Source: Mobula hypostoma (Eukaryota). Taken from it: a DNA stretch of 64,000 nt. Both the position numbers and the translations under genes were made by a program. Of the stretch, positions 33,330-47,530 are shown one piece after another. Location of the stretch: assembly GCF_963921235.1 (NCBI RefSeq), contig NC_086124.1, positions 23,870,001 to 23,934,000 of the forward strand, given 5' to 3'. Each line of letters opens with the position of its first letter. The first letter of the stretch is position 1. Under the pieces are notes generated by a model that saw only the letters and a list, made by a program, of their open reading frames with translations, did no database searches and was not told the DNA's origin.

Positions 33330-34759
33330 AGTCCAGGTACAGTACATCCTCTGGCTTTCCCATGTCCATTTTTATAGTTACATTCTCAAAAAAAGTCCAG
33401 AAGATTAGTCAAGCATCATTTCCCTTTCGTAAATCCATGCTGACTCGTACCTATCCTGCCACTGCTATCCAAACATTCCGCTATTACATCTTTTATAATT
33501 AATTCCATTATCTTCTCCACCACTGATGTCAGACTAACTGGTCTATAACTGTCTGTTTTCTCTCTCCCTCCTTTCTTAAAAAGTGGGATAACATTAGCTA
33601 CCCTCCAATCCGTAGGAACTGATCGTGAATCTATAGAACAATGGAAAATAATTACAAATGCGTCCAATGTAAAATTAAGTTACAATGTAAATTGAAAAGC
33701 GTAAATACAGGACTGCAGGTGTCATATCTGAAAGCATGCAGTACACTGGAATAAGGTGAATGAACTTGTAGCACAGTTAGAGATCGGCAGGTATGATGTT
33801 GTAAGCATCACGGAATCATGGCTGAAAGAAGATTATAGCTGGGAGATTAATGTCCAACGGTACACATCGTATCGAAAGGACAGGCAGGAAGCCAGAGGAG
33901 CCAGTATTCTTCTGTTAGTAAAAAAAATGTAATTTAATCATTAGAAATGGTTGACATACGTTCGGCAGGTGTTGAATCATTGTGGATAGAGCTTAGAAAC
34001 TGCAAGGGGTATAAAGAACCTTAAACGGGGTATACAAAATGCGTTCCAAAAGGGGAACCTTACAATAGTCATGGGGGATTTCAATATATAAGTAGATTGG
34101 GTTGCTGTGGGATTCCAAGGGGGAAATTCCAGAATGCCTATGGGATGGTGTTTCAGAGCTGCTCTTATTGAGCCACGAAAGGAGAATCTGTTGATGTTGT
34201 GTACTTAGGTTTTCAGAAGGCCATTGACAAGGTGCCACACGTGAGGCTGCTTGGTAAGCTACGTGCTCATGGTATTACAGGAAAGATTCTCGCATGGATA
34301 AAGCACTGGCTGACTGGCAGGAGGCAAAGACTAGGAATGAAGGGGGCTTTTCTGGTGGCTGCCGGTGACTACTGGTGTTAAACGGGGTCTTTGTTAAGAC
34401 CGATTCTTCTTACATTATATGTTAATGATTTGGATGATGGATTTCATGGTTTAGTTGCAACATTGCAGACGATACGCAGATAGGTGGAGTGGCAGATAGT
34501 TTTGCAGAAATAGAGAGGCTACAGAAGTACTTAGACAGATTAGGAGAATGGACAAAGAAGTGGCAGGTGGAATACAGTGTCGGGAAGTACTTGGTCATAT
34601 ACTTCGATAGAAGATGTGAAAGGGTTGACTCTTTTCTAAGTGGAGAGAAAATACAAAATCTGAGGCACAAGGGGACTTGGGAGTCCTTCTGCAGGATTCT
34701 CTGAAGCTCAATTTGCAGGTGGAGTCTGTGGTGAGGAAGTCAAATGCAATATTAGAATT
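33330..34759. mobile_element. CR1 fragments (minus-strand RT piece, then plus-strand endonuclease/RT piece), paralog of 7420-8880
   Basis: ORFs 33416..33667, 34199..34381 and 34489..34704. Confidence 0.8.
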
Positions 34760-34769
34760 AAATGCAATA

Positions 34770-37490
34770 ATAGTATACATCCAGGCGCAGATCCGTGGCC
34801 TCGCGAGACTAATGGATTCCACACGCACGCACTGCGCTTTTACAAGCGAGCGTGGGCCTGGCACCTGCATTATTTTGGCCGGCGTGAAAAAATTGATCGA
34901 TTTTTAATCAGAAAACAAACTCATCCAGAGTAATCAGTGGTGTCTCTGCCTGAGCATGTTTTAATTGAAAGTGCCATACAGAAAGAAGTAAGTGAGGATG
35001 AGGACGACAGCAGTACATCGAAGGAGTGTGAGGGCGAAGTAGAGGAACAAGAAATGGAGCGGAATTCGGAAGAGAACGTGGATGAAGCTGCTCTTAGTGC
35101 GAGTGGAAATACTGTTAGCGATGATAGCCAGCAGCCTGAGGAAGGACCCCGGCGGCCAGCATTGAAAAAGTACCCTTCGCAACAGTTTGGCAAACACAAA
35201 GGAGTATTCGTAGCTGGTTTGAGCTGTACTCCTTGCTGGAATATTCAATCACAAAAGATGCTACATTCTGCTTCGCATGCAGACATTTCCTCTGTGGGTT
35301 ACCGGAGTTCTATAATGAGTCTACCCTCACTGTCACCAATTACCGCAACTGGCGGAAACCTACAACATCTTTCAAAACCCACCACCTAAGTGCAGCTCAT
35401 AAGTTGGCTATGGAGGCATGTGGCGAATTCAGATTGAGAAAACAAGACGGTTCAAGATTGAGAAATATGCTGATAAAAGACATGCAGACATTGTCCAAGG
35501 AAGTCGTGAGTATATGTGAGCAGTGGTTGAGCCTCTACGCTGTACTGCGTGCCAAGGCATTGCCCAGCGAGGATACCGGGAGAATGATGGATCTGGCAAT
35601 AGGGGAAACTTTGTTGAGTTGCTCAGTGTAATTGGGAAGTTTGATAAGACTGTAGCTAAAAAGAAGAATAGAGGACAATCCTGGAAATGCAAAAAACACC
35701 CATCACCATATCCAAACTGAAATTATGATTATTATGGCAGATATGGTCGAACGTCAAATAAGTGCAGAAATCCAGGAGGCTGGATATTTTGCCAGCATGG
35801 TGGATGAAAGTAAGGACTTGAGTAAAAAAGAGCAAGTAACAGTGGTGGTGCGGTATTTGAATAAAGAAACAGTGCTTGAAGAATTCTTGCACTTCTCTCC
35901 AGCAGAAGGGTTGGACGCAGAGTTGCTTCTTAAAAGCATTGAACAGACGCTCGCCCAGTGTGTTATTGATAAGAACGCGTGTATAGGTCAGTGTTATGAC
36001 GGGGCGGCAGTGATGTCCGGGTGCAATAACGGGGTACAAGAGAGGCATTATATATACACTGCCATGCTCACAGACTTACCCTTGTTTTAGTGGATGTTGT
36101 GAGCAATGTACCAGAAGCGGGTGAGTTTTTTTGAAACTGTGCAGCTGCTTTACAACTTCTTTTCAAACTCTGTTGCCCACGATCTTTTCATGAAGAAACA
36201 GAGAGAATTGGAATCAGCTGCACAGCCCGTGGAGTTGAAGAAATTGCCAGATACACACTGGGCATGGCGGTATACAGCTTTGTCTGGTATAAGGAAATCA
36301 CTCTCTGCCATTCCAGCTACACTACAGGATATTACGGGTCAACCAAGTGCACGGAAGAAAACGGAGGTCAGAGCTTTAAATGGACTGATTGACTCGCAGT
36401 TTGCTTTACTTCTCACTCTGTTTGAGGATTTATTCGGAGTCACTAAGTTCATGTCATACCAGCTACAATCTCCCAGTTTGGAGCTTTCATCCGCTGCGAA
36501 CTTGGCTCTGTCTGTTATCGATGCACTCTCAGCAAAACGGGGAGAGGAATCATGAAGTGAAATTCAGACAAGAGCTAGGGACCTGTGCGTCAAGGCCGGT
36601 ATACAGAGCAGAGCACATGAAAGGAGACGGGCCCAGCCACCCCGCCGCCTACATCATTTTGTTGTTGAGGCCCAAACTGAACGCAAACCTGTCACATCCT
36701 ATGATGACCTTCGCAGCCACAGTTTCTATCCAGTTATAGACAGACTTCTGACTGAAATGGAAAGACGATTCTCAATTGAGACTGGGGGTGTTCTGACTGG
36801 AGTCTTGGCATTGACTCTCAAACATAAGTTCTTCCGAGACAAGAATTGTCTTTGGCCAATGGCCCAATACTATGGAGTGACTGAAGTGAACCTGACTGCA
36901 GAACTACATCAGGTTCGGCGTCTGCTGGAAACAAAACAAAAGGAAGGACAGACAATGAATGACACAGTGGAATTTCTAGCTCTAATGAGACACGACGGCG
37001 ATGCATTTATAGATTTATACAAGCTAATCTGCATATCACTGACTCTGCCTGTTACATCTGCCTCATGCGAACGGAGTTTCTTTTGCCTCAGACGCGTCGA
37101 AAACTGCTTAAGGAACAGCAGCGGCGATGCTCGGAACAGCAACTTGGCTCTGTTGGGAATAAACAAAAGGAGGCCCAAAGCACGTGACATCCAGAAAATC
37201 ACTGATGCTTTCGCCACCAATCACAACAACAGACGGATTTTGCTTGTTTATGCTCCGTGTAGCCCAGGTTGTCCTGGATGTCGTGTGACACTGTAACAGT
37301 TCACTTCTATATTAGATCTATCAATTATTTTTGCTTGTGAATCAATAGAGGCATTTACAGTAGGCACATAATGCTTGAAACTGACTTTTTAACGCCACGC
37401 GTCTAGCCTTGCGAATACATATTACCATACAGTGCATCCCTCAGCACCATTACTGAATCATTCAACCCCTCCGTAGCACCAGCAAGAAAA
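34770..37490 (+). mobile_element. Dead hAT transposon (ZMYM1-like), copy 2; 3' TIR deleted
   Basis: TTF-type zinc finger LEYSITKDATFCFACRHF, DESKD, GQCYDGA, DTHWAWRY and LPVTSASCERSF spread over five frameshifted ORFs. Confidence 0.9.
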
Positions 37491-37496
37491 ATTCCT

Positions 37497-38660
37497 ATAC
37501 CTGGGCCTTTGCACTCAGATCTGCAGCTGGATTTTCAACTTCCTCACAGACAGAACCCAGGCTGTAAAAATTGAGGAAAAGCTCTCCTCTACAATCACTC
37601 TGAGCACCGGTGCCCCACAAGGCTGTGTACTCAGCACCCTGCTGTACTCACTGCACACCCATGATTGTGTAGCCAAGTTTCCATCAAACTCAATAGATAA
37701 GTTTGCTGATGACACAACAATTGTTGGTCGTATCTCGGGTAATGATGAGTTTGAATACAGAGAGGAAATTAAGAACCTGGTGGCATGGTGCGAAGACAAT
37801 AACCTATCCCTCAACGGCAGCAACACGAAAGAATTAGTTGTTGAATTCGGAAGGAGTAGCGGACTGCACTGCCCAATTTCCGTCGGTGGTGCGCAGGTGG
37901 AACAGGTCAAAAGCTTTAAGTTCCTCGGGGTCAATATCACAAATACCCTGACTTGGTCCAACCAAGCAGAGTTCACTGCCAAGAAGGCCTACCAGCGTCT
38001 TTACTTCCTGAGAAAACTGAAGAAATGTGGTCTGTCTCCTAAAACCCTCACTAGTTTTTATAGATGCACCGTAGAAAGCATTCTTCGAGGGTACATCACA
38101 ACCTGGTACGGGCGTTGTCCTGTCCAAGACCGGAAGAAGCTGCAGAAGGTCGTGAACACGCCGCAGCGCATCACACAAACCAATCTTCCATCCTTGGACT
38201 CACTTTACCCCGCACGCTGTCGGAGCAGTGCTGCCAGGGTAACAGAAGACACGACCCACCCAGCCAACATACTTTTTTCGTCCCTCTTCCTTCCGGGAGA
38301 AGGCTCAGGAGCTTGAAGACTCCTACGGCCAGATTTGGGAACAGCTTCTTTCCAACTGTGATGAGACTGCTGAACAGACCCTGACCCGGATCTGGGCCGT
38401 ACCCTCCAAATATCCGGACCTGCTTCTCGGTTTTTTTGCACTGCCTTACTTCCCATTTTTCTATTTTCTATTCATGATTTATAATTTATTTTTTAATATT
38501 TACTCATTTTAACTATTTTTGCTATATTAAATATTTAATATTTGTGATCCAGGGAGTGTGAAGCGCAGAATCAAATATCGCTGTGATGATTTTACGTTCT
38601 ATCACCAATTGTTTGGCGACAATAAAGTGTAAAGTATAAGTATAAGCATAAGTGTAAGTA
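37497..38660 (+). mobile_element. Rex1/Babar LINE 3' half with (AAGTAT)-like tail, copy 2
   Basis: ORF 37780..38316 includes [12 protein letters not shown]...ITTWYG, which copies 1 and 3 lack. Tandem tail at 38621-38660. Confidence 0.85.
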
Positions 38661-39385
38661 TAGGAGGGGAGTCCAGGACAAGAGAGCACAGCCTTATAAT
38701 AGAAAGATGTCCATTTAAAAAAGAGATGAGGAGGAATTTCTTTAGCCGGAGGCTGGTGAATCTGCAGAATTTGCTGAGTTCTGTTCATTTGGGCTATGTA
38801 ATTATTTAAGACGCATGCGCACTCTCCCAGTTATGCGCGTGCACGCGGAAGGAGGAAGAGGAACTGTGGGATGTAAAGCTGGTGGCCTTGGGTATTGAAC
38901 AGAGGCATACAAAGTAAAGTGGTTTAAACAAAAGGAAAATGTGTCTTTGCTGTTTGGCCGTTATCAGTGCTAGCGGTGGACGTTTACCATCTATCGACCT
39001 CTGGGATATGGGCCCTGCGCACTACTGAGTATGTTTGAAGCAGAGGTCGATGGGTTCTTGATTGGAAAGAACATCAAAGGTTACGGGGAGAAGTCAGGAG
39101 ACTGGGGTTCAGCGAGACAATGAATCTGTCACGATGGAATCCCAGAGTAGACTTGATGAGTCAAATGGCCCAATTCTGCTCTTAGCGTTATGGTTTTATG
39201 GTATCGAAGCTGTCTGGCTTGATTCTCACAATTGACAGCAGAGAGGATGAGAGAGATCTTGAGCAGTTGGGACTTGCTTCTGGACAGAAACGGGCCACGA
39301 TGGATTCTGTGTCAAGTTGACATCAGTGGGAATACGGTGGTGTTGACGGGGTCAGTCGACATTTCTCCAACTTGCCCGTTCTTCC

Positions 39386-39655
39386 CTGGAGGTATCATGA
39401 GCTTCCCACTGACAGCCTCGTGTTCCAGCTGACAGACGTACCCCTGGCTGTCTCCATCCAGGGGACGGACACTCCTAACTTGAAAGGTTCCATTGCTTTG
39501 AGGGACAACGTTGGTCGAGTCTGATCCATTGTCAGCGAATTCCCCGTTTCTGACCCAGTGCACTTTAATGTCCCGGGGGAAGAAGTTCTTGGCTGTGCCA
39601 ACCAGATACATTTCGCCTCGTTTCTTCAGTGTCAAGGCTCTGGTATGGGTAGGAG
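39386..39655 (-). pseudogene. Ig C1-set exon copy 2, disabled
   Basis: B-strand Cys mutated to Gly (LVGTAK) and splice donor GT mutated to GG (CCAG|ggaaga). Acceptor intact. Confidence 0.85.
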
Positions 39656-41904
39656 CTGTGAAGGAATTGGAGAAGAGTGTATGGGTTCATAGTAGCTTAG
39701 CTCTCTTGTGACTGGACGGTATGCACAGAACTTCACCCTGTCTCTGAACCCGCGAGTATGTGATAGCATAGTGTAGAGGGGGCCTCACTCTGTGTCTGAC
39801 CCCAGGAGTGGTAGATTGTGAGATCAATAGTCCATCTTATCATACGACAGAACCAATTAATACTTTTATAACAGCGGGGAGAAGCTGTCCTTAAGCCTGG
39901 TGGGATGTCCTTTCATGCTTTTGTATCTTCTGCCTGATAGGAGAGGGGAGAAGTGATAATCTCTAGGGGTGGGTGGGATCCCTCATCATTCTGGCTGCTG
40001 TACTCAGGCAGCGAGATGTCTATTGCCGGGAAGCTGGTTTTTGTGATGTGCTGAGATGTGTCCATGGCACTCCGCTGTCTCTTGTGGTCACGGGCAGAGC
40101 AGTTGCCGCAGTGAGCGCCGATGGATCTGCAGAGCTACCACTAAACGGACCGAGCGTGAGCGACACCCCACACATACACAGACAAGCAAATATTTAACTC
40201 CACCCTTCAAAGCCGCCAAGATCTTATATAAGACAATAGGATTTAAATAAATCATTTCTGGTTATACGATACTATGTGCAAACAAATCTCAAGATTCTAT
40301 AGTTCATACGTTCTTTGACAATAAATGCATTTGGAAACTTGAAATGTAGAAGTACGTGAATTATATACATCATCACGCGATCATATGATACGGCGGGCCT
40401 CGCTTGAAGTTAGACCCACATCCTTTTGAATTTGTTTAATCAGTTGAGATACAAAGTATAACATCTCAGTCTCCCTCTCTTCCTCCCCCTACCCTCTCCT
40501 CCTCCTCCCCCTCCCCTCCCTTCTCTCATCCCCCTCTCCTCCTCGCTCCTCTCCCCTCTCCCCTCTGCCCTCCCCTCCCCCTCTCCCTCTCCCTGCCCTT
40601 GCTCTCTCTGTCTACCCGCTCTCCCTTTACACCACCTTGCACTCTACCCTCTCTTTCACTCTCTCTCTCCGCCCTCCTCTCTTTCTCGCTCCTCCATCTC
40701 TCCTTCTGGTTGAATGACAGTAAACTTGAACTAGATCAAATAGAACGATGGCCTCTATTGTGAGGGACTTGGCATATGGAAGCACAGATGAATGTTTATA
40801 AGGATGTAGGTAAGACCATGCCTGGTGTACTGTGTACAGTTCTGATCTTGGTCCTTAATGCACAATACGTTTGCAGGGTGAGTTCTGGAGATGAAGGGAT
40901 TAATATATAACGGAAGGTATGAGCAGGTCGGGTCTACACTTGAGAGAGAGAGAGAGAAAGACATCAAGGTTGTGCGTACTGTCATCTGTGTAGGTGCAAT
41001 GAAAGCCATAGAACATATAACATAGCACAGGCCATTTGGCCCACAACCTTTTAATTTCCTCCAAGATCAAACTAACCCTCCCCACCTACATAGCCCTCTA
41101 TTTTTTCTATCATCCATCCGCCTATCTGAGTCTCTTAAATGCCCCTAATGTATCTGCCGCTACCACCCCTGGCAGGGCGTTTTGTGCATGTGCCACTCTG
41201 TGCAAAGAACTTGCGTCTGAAAAGCACTTCTCCTTTCCTCCAATCAGCTTAAAATTATGCCAATCTTATTCAGTTCCGCTCTGGGAAAAGTCTCTGCCTG
41301 TTCACTCGATCTATGCCTCTCACCCTCGTTCACTCTGAAGAGAAAATCCCCAGCTCGCTGACTTATCCTCATTACACATGTCTCCCAGTCAAGGTAGTAT
41401 CCTGCTGAATCTCCCGTGCACCCTCTCCTTCCACATCCTTCATATAATGAGCTGACCAAAGCCGAATACACGTCGAAGAGGACCACAATCTTGTCGTACG
41501 GTTCAGAGCTGGAGAAGTCTGTTGGCTGGAGTCCGGGCTTTACGCTTTGGCTCTTGGTAGGGTCAGCCGTGTCATACAGGTCAAAGGGTAGAGGCCAGAT
41601 TAAGAGTGGTTCACCAGTCCTCCAGGTTCAGGGGGTTCAGCTCAGGGCCAATAAACCTGACTAGTCAAACAAAATTGTTATGCAAACAGCAACGAAGAAT
41701 CCTTCCACATCTGAGTGTGACAGTATCCCTAAGGATTTGCATGACTGACAACAGTGAAAACTGTGTCAAATCAAATCATCAACAAGTGGGCTGGGAGCTG
41801 CCCGTAAACGTCACCACACTGCCGGTGCCAGCATAACGTGAGCATGACTCACTAACCCTAACCTGTACGTCATTGGAATGAGGGAGGAATCGGGAGCAAC
41901 CGGA

Positions 41905-42510
41905 GGAAACATCACCAGAGCTGATATTGAGGGTCTATAAGGCACTCGTGAGACCACACTTGGAGTATTCCGTGCAGTTTGGGGCTCCTTATTATAGAAA
42001 GAATATACTGACATTGGAGACGGTTCAGAGAAGATTCACGAGAATGATTCCAGGAATGAAAGGGTTACTATATGAGGAACGTCTGGCAGCTCTTGGGCTG
42101 TATTCCCTGGAGTTCAGCAGAATAAAGGGGGATCTCATAGAAACATTCCGAATGTTAAAAGGCCTGAACAGATTAGATATGGCAAAATTATTTCCCATGG
42201 TAGGGGGTGCTAGGAAAAGAGGGGAAGACTTCAGGATTGAAAGACGTCCATTTAGAAACGAGATGCGGGAAAATTTCTTTAGTCAGAGGGTGGTAAATCT
42301 GTGGAATTTGTTGCAACGAGCAGCTGTGGAGGCCAAGTCACTGGGTACATTTAAGGCAGCGAAAGATCGGTTCTTGTTTAGCCAGGGCCTCAAAGGGTAT
42401 GGGGAGAAGGCAGGGAAGTGGGGATGACTGGTATAATTGCATCAGCCTATGATAGAATAGCAGAGCAGACTCGATGGGCCGAATGACCTACTTCTGTTCC
42501 TATACCTAAT
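41905..42510 (+). mobile_element. CR1 LINE 3' fragment (paralog of 17335-17935)
   Basis: ORF 41927..42427: YKALVRPHLEYSVQF...QRRFTRMIPG. Confidence 0.85.
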
Positions 42511-44292
42511 AGTCTTATAGTCACGGGGAGAACATTCGAAGTCAGACATCAAAAATACAGACATCAGTGGAAATCGAACCCCGATTAATAATCACTGGCA
42601 CTATAGAGCAATTGTGCTATCTGCTACGATATCGTGCAGTCCCTGATTATGTTAATTAGACAGTTTAGATTAACCTTTGTTTGTAATGTACACTTCTGCT
42701 GCTGAAAATATTGATTTTGATGGTATTTATCTTGATTGAGGCTCTCTGTTGGTCCAGGTTGACCACGATGTCCTAGCTGTCTACATGATACGCAAGATGG
42801 TACACAACTCAGAGCAGTCCGATACGGTGAGCAAGCCGTTGCCGACACAACAGGCTCCCCACGCTCCATGCTGCCGATAAAGCCAAAGGAATGCCAGAGA
42901 CCGATACAGTTTGGCACCAGCGGCATCGCAGTAGTTGTTGGTCAGTGTTGTACTCAATGTTCGACTGCCTTATCTGGCTCTGGATTTTTCCCTCGGGGTT
43001 TACCCCCAAAGCCTTCACCATGGAAGGCAGCGGAGGTTTGAGATCACACTTTTCCTTCTCTTCTATGGAATGCTGACCACAGCTGATGAGCCCCATCTGC
43101 TGAAGCGGTTGGTTTTAAGGGACCAATAACCCACCTTTGCCCTTTCCCCTGTGCTGGGCATAATAGCTAACCGACATGTGAAGTTCCAGGAGCTGGACTT
43201 GGATGTCAGAGGCTATTTGATCTGTACACCATTGAGAGCTCATTCCCACTACCTTCCCAGGCTTTAACAACCTTAAGGAATTGCTAGTTAGAAGCTGTGC
43301 ATCTGTTCCCATGACAATAAACTTGAACAAGAGAGAGTGAACAGCAGAGGGCGCTATAGGGCAATGCTTACTCCAGACATCTGTCAGGAATGGCAGATGA
43401 AGTTCAATTCAAATAAATGCAAGGTGTTACATTTTCATGGATCAAACCAAGACAGGGCATACACAGTGAACAAGCAAGATCTGGTGAGTGTTGTAGACAC
43501 TGTTCCCTCTCACCTGTATGGGTGTGCGACCATGCAGTAACTGAAATGGTCCCGCGCACATAGCCGTTGCTGCTGCGCAGCTGAAATTCGCTTTTATATA
43601 ATGTTAATATAATTTTGAAATATTGGCATCATTTTGAAATGATGCCAATATAATGTTGGAATCTATGTTAATATAATTGAGAAGTACCCTGTAATTAATT
43701 CTGTAAATGAATAGAGTTTATTAATTTTCTAAATAGTAAACATACCACAAACTTTGAAACATTTTAGAGTTTCAATGCATTTACATTGTCAATGTTACAA
43801 GTTACAGCACTGTTACAAATTGTAACAATGAACACAGTCGGCCACTCATTGTTAATAATCTGCCAGCCTGCTGAAAGTTCATGCTGTAATATTCATATTA
43901 AAAAAAAACATTTAAAGTTCCAGGCAGTTTTCAGAGCAGTGGTTAGTCCACACAGTGGTAAAAAGAATTAGAGGGAAAGTCGGTTGCAGAACAGAGAGAC
44001 CAGGGTGTGTTGGTACATAAAACCTTAAAGTGGCGACACGGACAGGGAGGTAAAGAAGGTGTTTTTACACTTGGCCGTCATCGGAAGGGCACTCAGCACA
44101 GGAGTTGGGATGTCACGTTGTAGCTCTACAAAGACTTCAAAGACAAAGTAACAAACTACGTATACTGCAGTGGGCTGGGTTGATCAGACCGAAACTAATC
44201 GAGTGTCCGGCAAACGTAATAAGTAAACAGGCCCGACAAAGGAACTTAAGCCCAATTTATTATCACAAAAATAGAAAGGGACACAAAATACT

Positions 44293-45126
44293 AGATTCTG
44301 GACTAGTTCCTGAGGATTGGAGGGTGGCTAATGTAACCCCACTTTTTAAAAAAGGAGGGAGAGAGAAACCGGGGAATTATAGGCCGGTTAGCCTAACGTC
44401 GGTGGTGGGGAAACTGCTGGAGTCAGTTATCAAGGATGTGATAACAGCACATTTGGAAAGCGGTGAAATGATCGGACAAAGTCAGCATGGATTTGTGAAA
44501 GGAAAATCATGTCTGACGAATCTCATAGAATTTTTTGAGGATGTAACTAGTAGAGTGGATAGGGGAGAACCAGTGGATGTGGTATATTTGGATTTTCAAA
44601 AGGCTTTTGACAAGGTCCCACATAGGAGATTAGTGTGCAAACTTAAAGCACACGGTATTGGGGGTAAGGTATTGGTGTGGGTGGAGAATTGGTTAGCAGA
44701 CAGGAAGACTCGTTGGAATTTAGAAGATTGAGGGGGGATCTGATTGAAACGTATAAGATCCTAAAGGGATTGGACAGGCTAGATGCAGGAAGATTGTTCC
44801 CGATGTTGGGGAGGTCTAGAACGAGGGGTCACAGTTTGAGGATAGAGGGGAAGCCTTTTAGGACCGAGGTTAGGAAAAACTTCTTCACACAGAGAGTGGT
44901 GAATCTGTGGAATTCTCTGCCACAGCAAACTGTTGAGGCCAGTTCATTAGCTATGTTTAAAAGGAAGTTAGATATGGCCCTTGTGGCTACAGGGGTCAGG
45001 GGGTATGGAGGGAAGGCTGGGTTCTGAGTTGGATGATCAGCCATGATCATAATAAATGGCGGTGCAGGCTCGAAGGGCCGAATGGCCTACTCCTGCACCT
45101 ATTTTCTATGTTTCTATGTTTCTATG
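44293..45126 (+). mobile_element. Younger, internally deleted CR1 insertion specific to unit 2
   Basis: Well-preserved RT motifs (WRVANVTPLFKKG...YLDFQKAFDKVPH) joined to the C-terminus, with a (TTCTATGT)3 tail. Empty site in unit 1 at 19715-19719. Confidence 0.9.
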
Positions 45127-45730
45127 TACCAAGTCACAAAGGTTCCAGTGTTCACAATTCTTAGTGACCAGTTGATTGTTGTTGGGAGAACTGCGAACTC
45201 CAACTCGCTCGTGAAATCATCCTGGGTCGTAAGCATCGATCATGGTTTCCAGTCTAAAGAATCCGGGGAAAAGTGTTCCAGTAAATAGGAGATCCACAAA
45301 CGTAGAGAGATACACAGAGACAGACAGATGCCTTGATCTTTTGCCCTCCTGCCATTAACCCAGCCTGGTTTCCTTCATTCATTAACACAGTGTTCAGCAT
45401 ACGCTTAACATAGAACATAGAACATAGAATAGTCCAGCACAGTACAGGCCGTTCGGCCCACAATGTTCTGCCGACCCTAAAACCCTCCCTCCTATATAAC
45501 TCCCCACCTTAAATTTCTCCATATACCCTTACTAATCTGTTGAACACTGTAATGGTCAGTCTCTATCCATCAGTCCACCAATGTTTAGGACTTAAATTTC
45601 CTTGAAATTACAGACGATCAGTGTATCTTAAATGCCCTGTCTCTTCCCACTTTAAATACCCTGCCCTAAATACCCTATAAACCTATACGTGCCTAATTGC
45701 CTCTAAATGCCTAACTGCCCTGCTTTTCAG

Positions 45731-45770
<40 letters not shown>
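45731..45770. repeat. (CAT)n microsatellite, about 13 units
   Basis: Read directly. Confidence 0.95.
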
Positions 45771-47530
45771 GTCCGATGAGCACTGATCCCAGATTCTCGT
45801 TTTGTGGCCACTGTCCACGGTTCCCTGGGTAACTCAACAGATCCTCCAGCCAAGATTGCGCCGAGCTTCAGTCTCTATCGAGGTCGTGGCTCAGACTGAA
45901 GTTGATTTTTTTAGGTTCGTATCAATGTTTTTGGTGACAGAGGGAGGATTTACTGGTCAGGTTAGGATTTAGCGACAGGAATGTGGGGCAGTTAGAGGTT
46001 AGGCCAGATCTGGGGCTTTACTCCACGAGCGAAGGCCACCGATGACGTGATGAAGGACTTTCATGGATGGGTGTCCAGTTGGCAAACATGCTGGACAAAG
46101 ACTAGCTGGTTCTCCTCCACACCCTGGGTCAGTCAGTTCGCTGTAGAAGCAGTGGGATTGGAGGTCGAGGAGGGCAGGATGGATGAGGGCTGGTGACCCC
46201 TTAGCTACTCCAGTTGGCGTGTCTGGAGTTCGGGTCTAATGCCATTGATGAGGACGTAGTTCGAGGACTGGAGTACACGGTCCCATCATCATTGTGCCCT
46301 GTGGTCAAGAACTGAAGGTCGATCGCGAGTCTGTAAATTGAGACCCGATGGCCTCCGACACTGGATCTCCAACAGACGCAGCCACCCGGCCTTTCCTGGG
46401 TTTGGAGGACGGTCTGTGTGTGCGCGGCTGCGTGGCGGTTCACCGGGTGAGAGGGAGGTACAAGGTTTCTTCTGCTGTTGTTCTGCTGAACGTGGTGGGC
46501 AAGCTACGTAGGCGTCAGAATGTGTGGCAACACTGGCGGGCTGCACCCAACACAGCCTGTTGGTTGTTTCGATACACACGCACGGAGGCCGGGTCGTTGG
46601 GTGGATTTAAGGAAGAGCTTGATAGGTTCTTTATTGGACACAGCATCAAAGGTTACGGGGTGTGAGGCTGTGGCGGGGGTGGGGGGGATCAGCCATGTTT
46701 GAGTGGCAGAGCAGATTTGATGGGCCAAATAGCCTAATTCTACCCCCATGTGTTAGGATGTTATGTTATGTCCAGCTATTTACCTACTCTAAGATTAATC
46801 CAACCCTTCCGTACCACATGGCCCTCCATTGTTCTATCATCCATTTGCCTGTCGAAGAGTTTCTTAAATATCCCCAAAGTATGTATGGCCACTACCACCC
46901 CGCCTGAGCTAATGAGCCCCCCACGATTTTGTATGCTTTGCTGAGGATGCTTAGCATCTGCAAAATCTCTTCGCTGCAGAAATACGCACATTTGGACTGT
47001 CGTTCATTTGGTCTTCTAAGCATCACTCAGACAGAGTATTGATTAAGCAGAGATTGACCACGGAGACGCACATGCGGAGTTTAAATTAGCGTTTTTGTTG
47101 GCACCCGAATCATGTTCCGAACGGTCTATTCCTGTGCTGGACTGATCTGTGTTCATCATTTTCACCCACGTATTTATAAAATTGAGTTAAGTGCGGATTC
47201 TTTGATTCCATTACTGGGCCAGACAGCCCTGTTTCCCATAGTTCTTGAGAGACAAACGGAATGATAGAATGCGGCACACAACTGCTGATATTTATTCCGC
47301 GACATAGAAGCTAGTCGTTTTTACTGGAGCGGGAAGTTCAGGGAGGAAGTTTCATTTTAAGAGTATCTTATTTTTCTTATTTATCGATACAGCAGGGTAG
47401 CAGAGGTTTCCACCAGAGCCTTCACGTCTTTGGAATGTGTATGCAACAGAGGCATCTGGAGTAAACCTCCGCCGTCGCCGATAGATCGTACAAAATTCAT
47501 AGAGACGGCTGTGGGGACTGAAATCGCGCC

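Noticed and set aside
34937-37296. Domesticated ZMYM1-like host gene
   Set aside because: Multiple frameshifts and stops, several shared by all three copies, plus transposon-like ends. It is a dead hAT element.
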